A stretch of DNA of 64,000 nucleotides, from NCBI GenBank assembly GCA_051362555.1, contig CM120648.1, positions 8,986,587 through 9,050,586 of the forward strand. Reading direction: 5' to 3'. The position numbers and the translations under genes were made by a program. Source of the DNA: Lingula anatina (taxonomy: Eukaryota; Animalia; Brachiopoda). The notes below the pieces were generated by a model that was not told where the DNA came from, ran no database searches, and worked only from the letters and a program-made list of their open reading frames with translations. Below, piece after piece: positions 35,701-48,192 of the stretch; the stretch's first letter is position 1, and each line of letters starts with the position of its first letter.

Positions 35701-36611
35701 ATAAATGCCTTAATTATGTTGGTCATGAATACAATCAACTGACTTTTTATGTAGAAAGATCTTCTATTTTACCCTTTTTAACAAGTAGTCCATTAACTGT
35801 AGCAGTGATAAACTGAGTAGGGTCCATAGTCCCCCTTTTATCCTGCTTATGATATCAGAGCGTGCATTGTGGAATTATCTTGGGGATTTTTTTTATCACC
35901 TGCTTACTAAATGTATAGAACAAAAAAGGGATGGGCAAAGTCACTTTAAATACACATTTAAAACAAGATGATGCATTATATTTTTCTTTTGATATCATGA
36001 TTCTGTTGTTTTCTTTACTTTTCTTCTGCTGTAATATGGAATGATAGCATTGCTAGTTTTTTCATTTGTTCATGCAATTTTTTATTCTTGAAAGCATTGA
36101 ATGTTGTTGGATTTTTTATGACAGATACATGTACATTTGCCTTGGTTTTGTGTTTTCTTCTCTTCTTTTATCAATTAAATTTTTATTTCACTCATGAGGT
36201 CATCGGCAAAAACATATAATGGACCTGTTCCATGATCATGTCACTAAAGCTATTTTGTTTTAGCTGATTATTAACTTGACAAGTGAATTTAAGTTCCAAA
36301 CACGTAGGATTTGGAATTTACAGTTTTAGATAAAGCACTTCTTGTTGAACTTGTTTTGGTGACAACCAACTAAGTGATATGCCATGGTGCTTTATTAATC
36401 AGTGATATGTTACTATTATGTATTGCAAGTTCATCATGAACTTTGGTCAACAAGTTTTGGAAAGCTAGTATGTTGAAATATAACTGTGACCTTGACATTG
36501 TACTGATATTAACAGGAATGATTCAGCAATTTTTCAAATAAATATGTTAAGGTTGCTAACTAAACATGAAAAATTTGCCATTTTTTTCACAAGATTCCTT
36601 CATTCATTCAG

Positions 36612-36671
<60 letters not shown>

Positions 36672-36913
36672 TCAGATGTTTTTTTAATGGGGGGGGGGGG
36701 GGGGGGGGGGGAGCTCCAGAAGGCTGATAATACAGTTCAGGCCATTGTGATTGGATAGGATGATAATTGTTATGTGGTATTCTCCCCACCCTCCCCCCTC
36801 CCATTAAAATCAGACTTCTTATAGGCACAGATTTGTTAGTGACTTTTATGTATGATTTTGTATCTTGGCCATTTTCTTTTCCAGAAACAAGGATAATTAT
36901 AGAAGGCAAAATA

Positions 36914-38188
36914 ATGTCAATGAGGTTGATGATCCTTCTTCTGGCTGTAATGGCTACACCAGAACTGGTCCTGGAGGCGTCTGCTGTTCCTGTCCCCGAG
37001 TTCGTTTGGGTTGAAAATCCAGATTACAACCAAAAAGTGTATTGCAGGAATATAATTTGTTACCCTGGTAAGTCATCATGTTTTTTTTTAAATTTATTTA
37101 CTCATAATGTTTTACTGTATTTTATTTTTATTTCTTTCAATGATTTATATCGATTTATTTAAGAACTTGGATGTAGTGTTTGGTCATTATACTGTGCTCG
37201 CTTAAAAATATTTCAGAGAAGTCGAGTAAATGCGATACCTTTTGCTTCAAACTCTATGATTACACTTGTTGGTATTATACAGCCCAAATTTGAAAATAAG
37301 CATGATCCTTGTATTCTTCATAGTATTTTAAATATAATAATAATAATAATAGTTATGATTATAATAATAATAATAATAATAGTTATTATTACTTAATTTG
37401 AATTTGTGTTTTTAGGACAGGAAGCAGTACCATGTAAGCCATGGGACAAATACTCATCCACTTGTAGAGACTGTAAGAATGGGACTTACCAGACATCAAC
37501 AAATGATTTGCTGAACAATTGCTCACCAAAGTAGGTTGATGTAAAGAACAGTAAAAACTTGAAAATTTCGTCACTTAAAAATTAATTAATATCTTGAAAT
37601 GCTTGACCATACTAGGTGACAAAAATGTCAGATTTATCAAGAGGTCCATTTTCAAGTTTGACAAAATTTCAGAAGTGAAAAATTTTATGACAGCAGAGAA
37701 TCGTCTTCTAGCAAAATTTTCAAGACAGACTAAATTTGCAAGTTTATACCATATGCAGGGATGGGAAAGCTCTGTCATCTCTCTTTCCCTGCTAGCATTT
37801 TGATATGAAAGGAATGTGTCACTTGATAAACTGATGACAATTTGGTGATCAGAATTACATAGACTGACTGATATGCATGAGTAATGTTTTGGCATACTTA
37901 AAAAAGAAAAGTTTATTTTTTAAACATTTTTTTAACATTTATAGTTTGATGTAATAATTGTATTCATTGTCTTGTAGGAGGATCTGCAGTGACCAGCCGG
38001 AGTCTGCGTACCACTGCACAGAGTATGAATCCTGGGGTTCCACTACAGAGGACGCCACGTGTCGATGTCTGGAAGGCTGCTATGAGGACAATAATGCCCG
38101 TGCTTGTCTACGAGCACCTGATGTCCCCACCACCAAGAAAGTGTGCCCCCTGGGGAGAATTGCAGATGGGAAAGGTATGTTTCCCTTC

Positions 38189-38245
<57 letters not shown>

Positions 38246-39885
38246 GTTTTACCTAAACTTTTAAAGGTCAGTGCATTATTATCTAATATAGAATTACTTT
38301 AATACAGATTACTGAATAAATAAGACGGGAAGCCATGATGAAGGGTCTGAAACAACGCGCCAGGCACTACTTTATTGTTCATATTCATGCGCATAACAAT
38401 GTGCGGCTTGACATATAGTACACAAATACATATAGCATAGTACATACAGTAGAGTAAACAGTTCTACTTAACTACATACTGTTACAATTACAGCATGCAT
38501 GTAGTGTAAATAATAGTTTCTTCACATTATTCAGATTTTATTGGGTAAGGGGGGTATCTTTAAGGGTTCATCTTTAATTGAATTTGATATTTTCTATTGT
38601 AAAACCTAAACTTTCTTATATACAAAATGCCTGAGCAGTACATGAACATTGGCATGAGAATTTTAATGACAATTTCCCTCCACAAGGTGACTGCTCAGAT
38701 TGTCAAGACGGCTGGTTTTCCAAGACAGGCCTCTCTGATGTCCCTTGTCAAGAGCACACCAAGTAAGTTTTGTCAGTCGATATGTAGTGGTTCCTTTGTG
38801 CTGCTTCAAAATTTGATGAAAGAATTACATGATTCAATTGCATTCCATTCCTAGTATTCACCCGGTATTACTTTGTTTGCATGCTTTGATATTTCATTTG
38901 GTTCAAAATTGGAAATATTTTGGTCAAGTGAGCTTGTATAAAACTGGTAGTATATGCACAGGATCTTAAAATTGACAACATTCAGTGTCACTGATGATTT
39001 TTTTAATGCCATTGAAAGTCTTATATATACCTATTAGAAATCCATCTTGAAATTCTGTTAATTCTATGTAACTGTTTTAACATTTCAGCTGTACGTCTTT
39101 GGGAAAATGTGTAATCCAGAGAGGCAACAGTACTGCAGATAATGAGTGTTCTGTCAAAACAGTATCTGGTAGGTCAATTAAGGCACTGGTGGAGGCTCTA
39201 CTCTGCTGGGTTGTGCATAAATGTTTGGTCACAGTTTCAGTAACTAGAAACAACGATTACATTTATTTTGTTAAGCATTTCTACTTTATTTGTTAATACT
39301 GTACAGTTGTTTAGCTTTATATGTTTTTTGTGAATGTGTGAATTAAAACTTTTTTTAAGTAATTTGTTTTAATATTTATCTGTAAAATTTTGATGATTTT
39401 GACATGGAAAAGTTTTTTATTTGTTTTGTTCTGTTTTACTTTGTTAGCATATACTGTAGATTTTTTCATGGTAAGATAATTCTTGTAAAATTGTTATTTC
39501 TACCATTTTTACTACTATAACACTCTGTTTTATTTTAGATCCCTCAAGCTGTGGACAGACCCCTGATGAGATCCCTGCTATACCAATTGCTAAGGATGAT
39601 GGGATATCAGTAGGAGGATGGGTCGGCATTGCCATTGCCATTGCAGTATTTACCTTTGCTGTACTTGGTGTTTGCTACTGTATGCACAAGTTTGAAAAGG
39701 GTTGCTTCAAACACTCTCCTCCAAGTTGCCTCACTTCTGAAGACATTGGCTCAAGGGAGGACTTTGTAGATGGAGACTATGCTTTTCAGAATGAAGGTAT
39801 GTGTTAAAGCTGTCAGAATGTTTTAGTTCTGCACGGCATGGGGGGGGGGGTGATGTTCACTTGCACTAACATGAGCCTTCTGTAC

Positions 39886-39926
<41 letters not shown>

Positions 39927-40403
39927 AGGCCCGTAGCCAGCAATTTCAAAGGGGGGGGTTCTTTTTCTAAAAAAGTGAACCTTTTACCATATAATCCCAA
40001 TGTACACTGTACCTAGGTCAAATTTTATCCAGAGTGGACCTTTTTCCACCAAAAAGGGGGGTTTGAACCCCCCGAACCCCCCCTGGCTACGGGCCTGGAA
40101 AGAGAGAGAGAGAGGCCTCTGTTGGGGCTGGCTGTTGGTTGAACTTGTATCTAGGACACACCTGACAGGAGTCATAAAATTTATAAGCACCTGGTAGGAA
40201 TTGATAGGCAACTGAAGTCGCCTATTATTAAAATTTTTTTTTTCATGAAATAAGAAAACTTTTTATTTCATGGTGTGCTGACACTTTGATTTTTGAATGT
40301 TGCTTTTTTCTTATCAAAGAAGTTTTCAATGCAACGTGAACAATTAATGTGCCATTATAGTATTAACAAAAATATGCTGGTTCAAATTATAATAATAATA
40401 ATA

Positions 40404-40436
<33 letters not shown>

Positions 40437-42195
40437 GTTTCATTTTTGGTATCTTCAGTTATTTCTGATCACCCGTACTTGCAGAGGCTGATGGTATAAT
40501 ACATGTGTTTTTGAAAATATAGATACTTGTATGCACAAAGTTGAAATGGACAGACAAGATACCCATTGCATGCATTTGTAATCCTAATGATCTCACTGTC
40601 ATTTATTTTTTAGTGCTTAGAGAGGTTTTCGAACTCCTAGAAAAAGAGATACCAGAGTGCTGGGAGGAACTTATAGGACATCTTTGGCCAAATGATAAAG
40701 TGGAAACCATTCGTGCTTCAGTTTTTAATGACATGGGAGGTGAGTAATTTATAATAAATTGATAATAATAATAATTTATAGAGCACTGAAATGTTTTTAT
40801 AATAAAAAAGGCTCTCTGGCTACTAAATATGACTCCACACTTGCCATCCTTGCCTCCTACTGATATCCCATCATCCTTAGCAATTGGTATAGCAGGGATC
40901 TCATCAGGGGTCTGTCCACAGCTTGAGGGATCCTTGCAACTGTGGAGCCGTGATTTAATCTGATCAGTGCACCTGTGGAGACCATCAGCGGACTAGTTGG
41001 CTCTTCTTTCATGTAGAGTCTGCCATATTTGATCTGTGGATCAGTAGATCCTTGGATCTTTTGTTCTTTAAGGGATTAAGGTGTCTTTACTGTGCCAGGT
41101 TCGTGTATTGAAGTTGACATGGGTGTATGGGGGTAGGATAGGATGTTGTGATGTAATGAATTACGGTCTGATTTTTTGTCATACGAACAAACCCATTTTG
41201 TGGTAACTTAGATTTTTTTCTTTTATTTTTTCATAATTTAGAGAAATCAAGCACTCTGAGGCAGAAAATGAACTGTGTGCTACACTTGTGGAAGCAACGG
41301 AATGCCGAGCAGGCCACTGTGAAAGTTTTAGAGAAGGCGGTGAAGAAAATTAGCAGCAACAAAGTCAAGGCAGTGGTTGAGAGGATTCATGATGTTGTTA
41401 AAAGTTTGTATATTATATTTCTTTATTATTTTTCAAAATGAAATGAATTATTGCTTCTACCCAAAAGGTTCTATTTTTGGTTGGTTTGTCTGTTAGCTAG
41501 CAACATTATGCAAAGAGTTATGAATGGGTTTTTGATGTAATTTTCAAAATAACACCCCATTTCCATAGATTTTTAGATCACTCTATCCCTGTGGGGAGTC
41601 TCACTAGATTACTGTCAGCTTGGCTGGCTTAAGCATCTGTCCGGCCAACTAAAAGCTGTAAGGGGGTAATTAACTATGGTGCTCGCTCGTCTGACTGCAA
41701 TTTAGCATGAACCCCCAGGGAGTTAGGTTGATCTAAATTTTAATCCCTGGATCGATCTAAATCTCTGGAAATACACCCTAAGTCAGAAATTGGCTATCAG
41801 GAGAATCAGTTGTAGATTTTAGTAATTAACCAATTACTCATCTTTTCAATGGGCAAAAATGATCACACTTTAAGGTGCACGATTTTATAATCACAAAAAT
41901 CATATTTCTGTATGTGATTTGTGGTGCTTTTACTGCATAGAATAGAACTACAGAGTACCCTGCTTTTTAATTTTGTTGCTAACACTAAATAGGGATATTC
42001 TAATTTCAGAAAATTATGACCTAAAAAAACAAGGTATCATTAAAAGAAAATGCAAAAAGCTCACAATTTTCCCCCATATGAAAAAAGATGTTTTTCGGAA
42101 GCAATTTATGAATTCATATTCATTTATTTGTAGAGGTCAGGAGTTTAAGAGATGGGGACCAACCAGAGAGCTCCTCTGTTGAGATCCAGCTGTGA
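36914..42195 (+). CDS. Gene B: TNF receptor superfamily member with death domain (409 aa model)
   Basis: Exons 36914-37067, 37416-37530, 37978-38174, 38687-38762, 39089-39168, 39539-39796, 40614-40739, 41242-41403, 42134-42195; 1230 nt, all in phase. Signal peptide; CRDs including CQEHTNCTSLGK..RGNSTADNEC; TM GWVGIAIAIAVFTFAVLGVCYC; death-domain-like VFELLEKEIPECWEELIGHL..LHLWKQRNAEQATVKVLEKAVKKI. Confidence 0.88.
39926..40097. mobile_element. MITE with CAGGCCCGTAGCCAG TIRs inserted in a (GA)n tract
   Basis: 15-bp perfect TIR; GAAAG on both sides. Confidence 0.75.
40853..40932 (-). repeat. 80-nt perfect inverted duplicate of 39538-39617 (5' end of gene B TM exon) in intron 7
   Basis: Base-by-base reverse-complement match, CCTCCTACTGATATCCC...GCTTGAGGGATC. 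Confidence 0.95.
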
Positions 42196-44010
42196 CCAAG
42201 GTGAAGGTCATGGACTTGACAATTTAGACAATGACAGAAGCCAGGATGAGAGGGACCCAGGACCAGAAGTAATTGTAGATGTCGCTGAAGTTCACTATAG
42301 CAACAGACCTTCAAGTCAGTGCGAAGGATGTTTAGGTTTGGAACATCTCCAGCGATCAAGTTCAGAACACAGCATGAACAGATTTGCCTCACAACCATAT
42401 CTATCACCCCTCCGCCACTCTGTCTCTGAGCCCAACAACGAACAGGAAATGAAACTTTGCGAAATGAGGGCGACTCAGCTCAAACATCTGGCATTGATCT
42501 CTCTTTCAAATCCTTAAATGTTAGTTCTACAGATGTGGCAATGGTACAGGATTAGTAGCCAGTCGTGATAGTCTAGGTTCACTAAGTGTAGATTCTTAAA
42601 ATTTTGTATTCTGTATTATGTCAAAAGGGGGTAGCCTTGAAAGGTCAAGCAAAGAAGTCACAACAGGAAATTTTTTTAATATCCCCTCCCCCCCCCCCCA
42701 AAAAAAGAAGACATTAAAAAGATTTTTAAAGATTTAAAAGAGATTAAGAAAAATAAAAAGATTTTTTAAAGATTAAAAAAAAAAGATTTAAAAATATTAT
42801 AAAGGTATGAAAGATAAAAACTAATATTAATTATTTCTTAACCAAAATATGATATCTTGTAGAGTGATAGTCTGATGTTTTTAAGGTATTTTAATGCTGG
42901 AGATGAAGAGGACCTGAGAGTGTACATAATATAATTAAGAATTATTTGTATGATTAACCTAAATGCACAGTTACTTAGAGTATATACCCAAAGGGGCCAT
43001 TCAGGATAGATGATCCGAGTACTAACTGTACTTGGATTATCTATTCTGAATGGCCCCAAAATGCTCATAGGTGTAAGTACTACCAATGTTTAGACATATG
43101 CATAGACAGTTATTTTTTATCATCGAAAAGTTCATTTTTGTTATTCATTGTTATTGATGCAAACTTAAGATGCACTTGGAAATATGCAGCAAATAATTCT
43201 TGCAACTTTTTGCAAACTTCCTGAGATGTTTGCCTCAAACTGTATAGCAAATTTATTTATTAGAAGCAGTGATTAGATACATAATGGTTTGCTAAAGCAG
43301 TTCTATTTAATAAGCCTGAGATAGAGTATGTAATAACTTGGATATTTTCCCTTATGTCATTTTTGTCACAGAAAGTGCTTGTATTAATGGGCATTGTTTT
43401 TTGGGAAACTTCTGTGTGTTAAAAGAATTAAGAGTGTCTTAGGGAAGTGAAGAATGGTGTTTGATATTAATTTTTTTTTAGACAAACAATGAGCGCATTC
43501 AGGACAGATGATCCTCAGACCAATTGATCCACGGACTAAACATGGCCAATCCCACTTAGAAGCAAGCCAACTAATCCCCTAATGGTCTCCCTGCCTCCAC
43601 TTCTGCCATTAAAGAGCTTAATTTTTGGCTACGCTATTAAATTGCTAGGCCCCTGCACGGACAGTGTATTTGGAGGTGGGGAGACCAGTCAGCCTTGTTT
43701 TTAAGTGGGTCAGCCATTTTTGATCCGTGGATCTGTTAGTCCGCGGATTAACTTGTTCTGAATGTACTCAGTGACAAGGCGAAAAAAAAAAATTATGAGA
43801 CAGAAATTGAGTAGAATACAGAAAAGCTGATATTACACAAGATTGTTGGAAACAAGAGAAAGCTTGTAACTATCCATGGAGACTGATAGTGTCATTGGAA
43901 ATGAGCCAGTGGTTGATTTTTTTGTGTCCAAGTTAGAAGCATGTATAAACAGACAATTTCGCACATCAAACACGGTGGTATTCTTGCCAAATGCTGGTCT
44001 GTGTTATTGA

Positions 44011-44376
44011 CATACAGACCTTTCCAGATGTCACATCACAATCATGGAATCGGTGACATCACATATGACGTGAATGCAGGGAGCTCTTTAGCTGAGCTTA
44101 CCATTTAAGGTTGTTTGCAATGGGAATGAGGAAGGATTTCCAAAACCTGGTGGGTTTTCAAGGTCAAAATTGTGGGTACAAGGTTTGTTATGAGATTGAG
44201 AGCTAGTAAGAAAGTTGGAGGTTTTACCCTTTGAAAACCCACCAGGCTTTCAAGCCCCTTCCTCACTCCAACTGCAAAGCAGTTTAAATGGCAACCTCAG
44301 CCTAAAAGCTCTCTGCATTCCCGGTCACATGTAATGAGACCCCATGATTGTTCTATCATATCCGGAAAGGTCTATA
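44011..44376. mobile_element. Imperfect fold-back MITE-like element
   Basis: AGACCTTTCC..ACAATCATGG / CCATGATTGT..GGAAAGGTCT ends with nested internal inverted segments. Confidence 0.6.
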
Positions 44377-45970
44377 AAATGAGCTTTGCTGGTGAACCGA
44401 AACCGAATGCCTGCTCAAAGCTGGCAAATGATTTCACCAAAAGAAGTTCATTCTGTTTGCAATGACAGAGCAGCATTTGGAGAAGAATGACTTGTAATTT
44501 TTTTTTACTTCCCTAAGACACATTATACTATATAAAACTTTCTTTTAGGCTCAAATGAATAAAACAAGGTTTAAAACTCAGTTTTACATATCTGAGCCTA
44601 AACTCTACTTGTATATTTGTACATATGGTAATTTTGCTGTGGTTTAAGTAAAAGTGTTTATTGAAAGAAAATAAAACAGTTGCCTGATGAACGTCACAGT
44701 GGAAGGTCGTGGAAATTAAGTTATAATGAAAACAATGCCGTCTAATAATTGAATGTGAATTTTTCTGATGTATAACAGCATGTCTTGTTGTGTGTAAGAT
44801 GTGGATGATCCTGTATAGTAATAAAGTTTTCTTTAGATGTGCAGCAGCAGTTCTTTTGTTGTAATTAATATAATTTTTCTTTCTTCGCCTGACTGGGTTG
44901 CCGTACACCACAAGTAACAAATGCTTTTATGTCTCCTTGATCTAAGCCGACTCGAATAATATGACATACTGGTACCTATTAAGAGAATAGATCAAACTCA
45001 AGCATGATGTACGAAGTTTAGTCGATAACGTCGTATTTATTATATTATAATGAAGCTGATTAGTGATAAACATTGAATAGTGTTGATAAATGATATTAAC
45101 GTAATATGTACGCCTGGAATATCTACCTAAAATGTAATTTCCAAACAAATAGTGCACACATTTCAATTTTTTGGGCTGCACTCCCTATAAAATTATATAC
45201 AATAACCCCTTGGGCTATGAATTTTTCACGCGTCTCGGAAATGTCACAAAGAAAAATTACATAGATCTACGTAAGGGTCAATTATGTGAAAAATAAATTT
45301 TCATGCAACAGATAAATTCTGGAAAAGGGTAAGGGGTTCCAGTTATGATGAGTACACTGTAGTGTGGATATGATGACTATTAAGTCACTGACCATATACC
45401 TTGAGAGTTCCCGCCCCGCGAGTATTCGATCTCCACCAGAGGCCAGTTGACATAAATTCTAAAACACCGTGCAAAAATTCACCAAGTAGAGAAATGTGCT
45501 AGTGCACATAAGTAGTTAGAGAAATTTCCGTGAAAGTTTGCGACCAGTGAAATAAATTTTTGTGATCTTCTTAGAGGATTCCCCTGCCTCCCTCCCCTTC
45601 CCCCACGAGAGACTACAGTTACCGGGATACGTATGCATCAAACACGGACTGAATGTGTATGTATTGTCACTTGTCATTTTCATCTGGGACTTAAAACTCA
45701 TTAATTTCTTGCCCTTTGCTCTTGAATGAAACATCCTTGACATCTCTTTAACAGGAGGTCCAATACCAGCGCATGTACAGTACGTGCAACTCACTGAAGG
45801 CCTTTTACATTTTATTGTAACATCACTTTACACTCTGAAATTACATGTTATTTGTAAACAGCTTTGAGCCGTTTGTGTAGCGTACATTATTATCATTATT
45901 TTAGATTTAAATTGTCAGTTCAGCCTATTTCATTCATTTTATGTCTCCCTTAAAGCCTTTATTAATTAAT

Positions 45971-46009
<39 letters not shown>

Positions 46010-46404
46010 TTATCTGATAACCATTATAAAGCACCTGTTTACTTATCTATGAGACATAAACGTAACCAGTTGAAGAGTGACAGAGGAATTAATTAGGTTG
46101 TTATCAAATTTTCTAGTTAATTCCTCTGCCACTCTTCAAATGATTTTATCCAAAATACTGATAATGGAGGACGTCGCTGGCTGGCCATATCACCATTGAC
46201 CTTCATCAATTTATTAATTTGGTACCTTTTGAAGTGAGCAATCCTCGATATCACAACCTTTTAACTTCATATACAGTATATGGTTTAACCCCGTTCTACT
46301 GAGCATAACTGTGAAGTGCGAATTCAGTTTATATACAGGCTTCTGTATTGGTGATCTGTATTGTAGTTATCACTAAGGTTGGGAAGGATACACGTAAAGT
46401 TATA

Positions 46405-46468
46405 ATGAATCGGTGGAAATTACTGCGATTCTGTTTCTTACTACTCTTCGTCATCCCAACTGAAAGCA
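46405..46468 (+). CDS. Gene C exon 1: signal peptide
   Basis: MNRWKLLRFCFLLLFVIPTES followed by a phase-1 GTAAGT donor, compatible with the VWA exon. Confidence 0.7.
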
Positions 46469-47166
46469 GTAAGTAATAGTGCTCTGTGCGTTAAAGGCAT
46501 TCCTGACGAGAGTTGTCGCGTCATGTTTTGGTATTTAAATGAGCATGTAAGTTTTTTTCTCTTATACAAATTTGAAGCATGCCCGTAAAATATTTCCAGT
46601 GTAAGGCACCTTGCAGATGTTTTTTTTTTTTTTTTTTTTTTTTCGTATCGAAACGCTGGCAGTATAATTTCATGCTATTTGATATCCCTGGCTTTTGTTT
46701 CAAAGTTTACATGATCCGAATAAATATTTTTTTCAGAAATTATTATCATCATCATAATCTTGTTCTTATTTATTGGCTTACACGCTCAATATTATTATCG
46801 TGTGTTGTTGTTGCTTTATAAATACAAAGCGAGCATAGTCTCTAGTCTCTACGTTGGTGTACAACTTACAGACGGTGCGTCTATAAAGATACATGAACCA
46901 CTGTCGTAGGCTACATAGGCGGTCCAAGAATCCCATTTTTCAAAAACATGATGGGTGGATTAAAAGATTGTATCCCGACCAACGTACAAGTATGACTCGC
47001 TGAAGTGCGTCTAAAGGTCATATTTGATATGTTATAGCAGATTATTTTTCGATGGGATTGTGGGAAGGAAAGAAACGGAGGGGGGGGGGGGGGGGCAACA
47101 TAGGACCTCTTCTATCTTCATACCTAATATTCGCCAATGTATAGAATACAATTTCTCTTTCTTTAG

Positions 47167-47580
47167 GTTTCGGTCCGAAGGCTGATATTGCCTTTATTGT
47201 CGACGCCTCTGGTAGCGTGGGGGCTGACAACTGGAAAAAACAACTGAGCTTCGTCAAAAACATTGTTCAACGTTTCGACATTGGTCCAAACGCCACTCAT
47301 TTTGGAGCGTTATCATTTTCCACGGGTTACAGATATGGATTTCATCTGCAAGAACACGAAGATAAACCTTCAGTCTTAGCAGCCATCGATAAAATGAACT
47401 ATCAAGGAGGCTCTACCGCAACCCACAGGGCACTCCATATATTAAGGATGGGGATGTTCAACCCAAGAAACCGAAGAGGACCACGTGCTGGAGTACCGCG
47501 TGTAGGGATTCTCATTACAGACGGACTGCCGGACGACATAGCAGCCACAATACAAGAAGCAGCATTTGTCAAACGATCAG
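47167..47580 (+). CDS. Gene C exon 2: von Willebrand factor A domain (N-terminal part; matrilin/collagen VI-like)
   Basis: ADIAFIVDASGSVG (MIDAS DxSxS), GGSTAT, VGILITDG. TTTAG acceptor and GTAGG donor, phase 1-1. Confidence 0.92.
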
Positions 47581-48160
47581 GTAGGACTGACAAATGTACA
47601 TTTTCTTTTTAACCCATAAGCCGAGATAGCCTCATAACGAGGCAGTCAGACCTGTGCAACGTCACAGGAGAAGGGAAAAGTGCGAGAGTTCTCGTGAGGT
47701 GGGGTTTACTTTTAACGATAAGGGTGGGAGTCTGTGCGCCGGGTATGTTGTTCTGTGTGACGTCAAAGGAGACTAGGAAAGCACTAAAACCGGCGTAACG
47801 CATCAGTGTGTTCGGAACCAATTTTAGACAGCTCGCACCGGAGAGCTTTGATCCTTGTTATAGCTGTTCAAAATTTGTAATTTACAGTCAGGAGTGAATT
47901 TAGCCAATCCCCATATCCCCTGCTGCAGTGAGTGGAAATTTCAGAAACTTCTGAGAATTAACAACTTAGAACACAAACTATCGTGCCTATATCTTTCGAT
48001 ATTTCGTCATGCAACTACACGCTAATTCAAAACCACGAAACTGAGACCACAAATTGTGCCTAAAATAAGAATCTTCCCTCTTCCCTTTAATTGCAACTTT
48101 CTTTATGTAAGCACAAAATCTGCCATGCCTTGGTGCATAGAAGTAGAAAAAGTATGCTTA

Positions 48161-48192
<32 letters not shown>

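Noticed and set aside
40933-40960. Idea that the inverted exon copy is a retro-copied spliced mRNA
   Set aside because: Sequence beyond the exon 6 boundary does not match exon 5; it runs into a MITE-family repeat.
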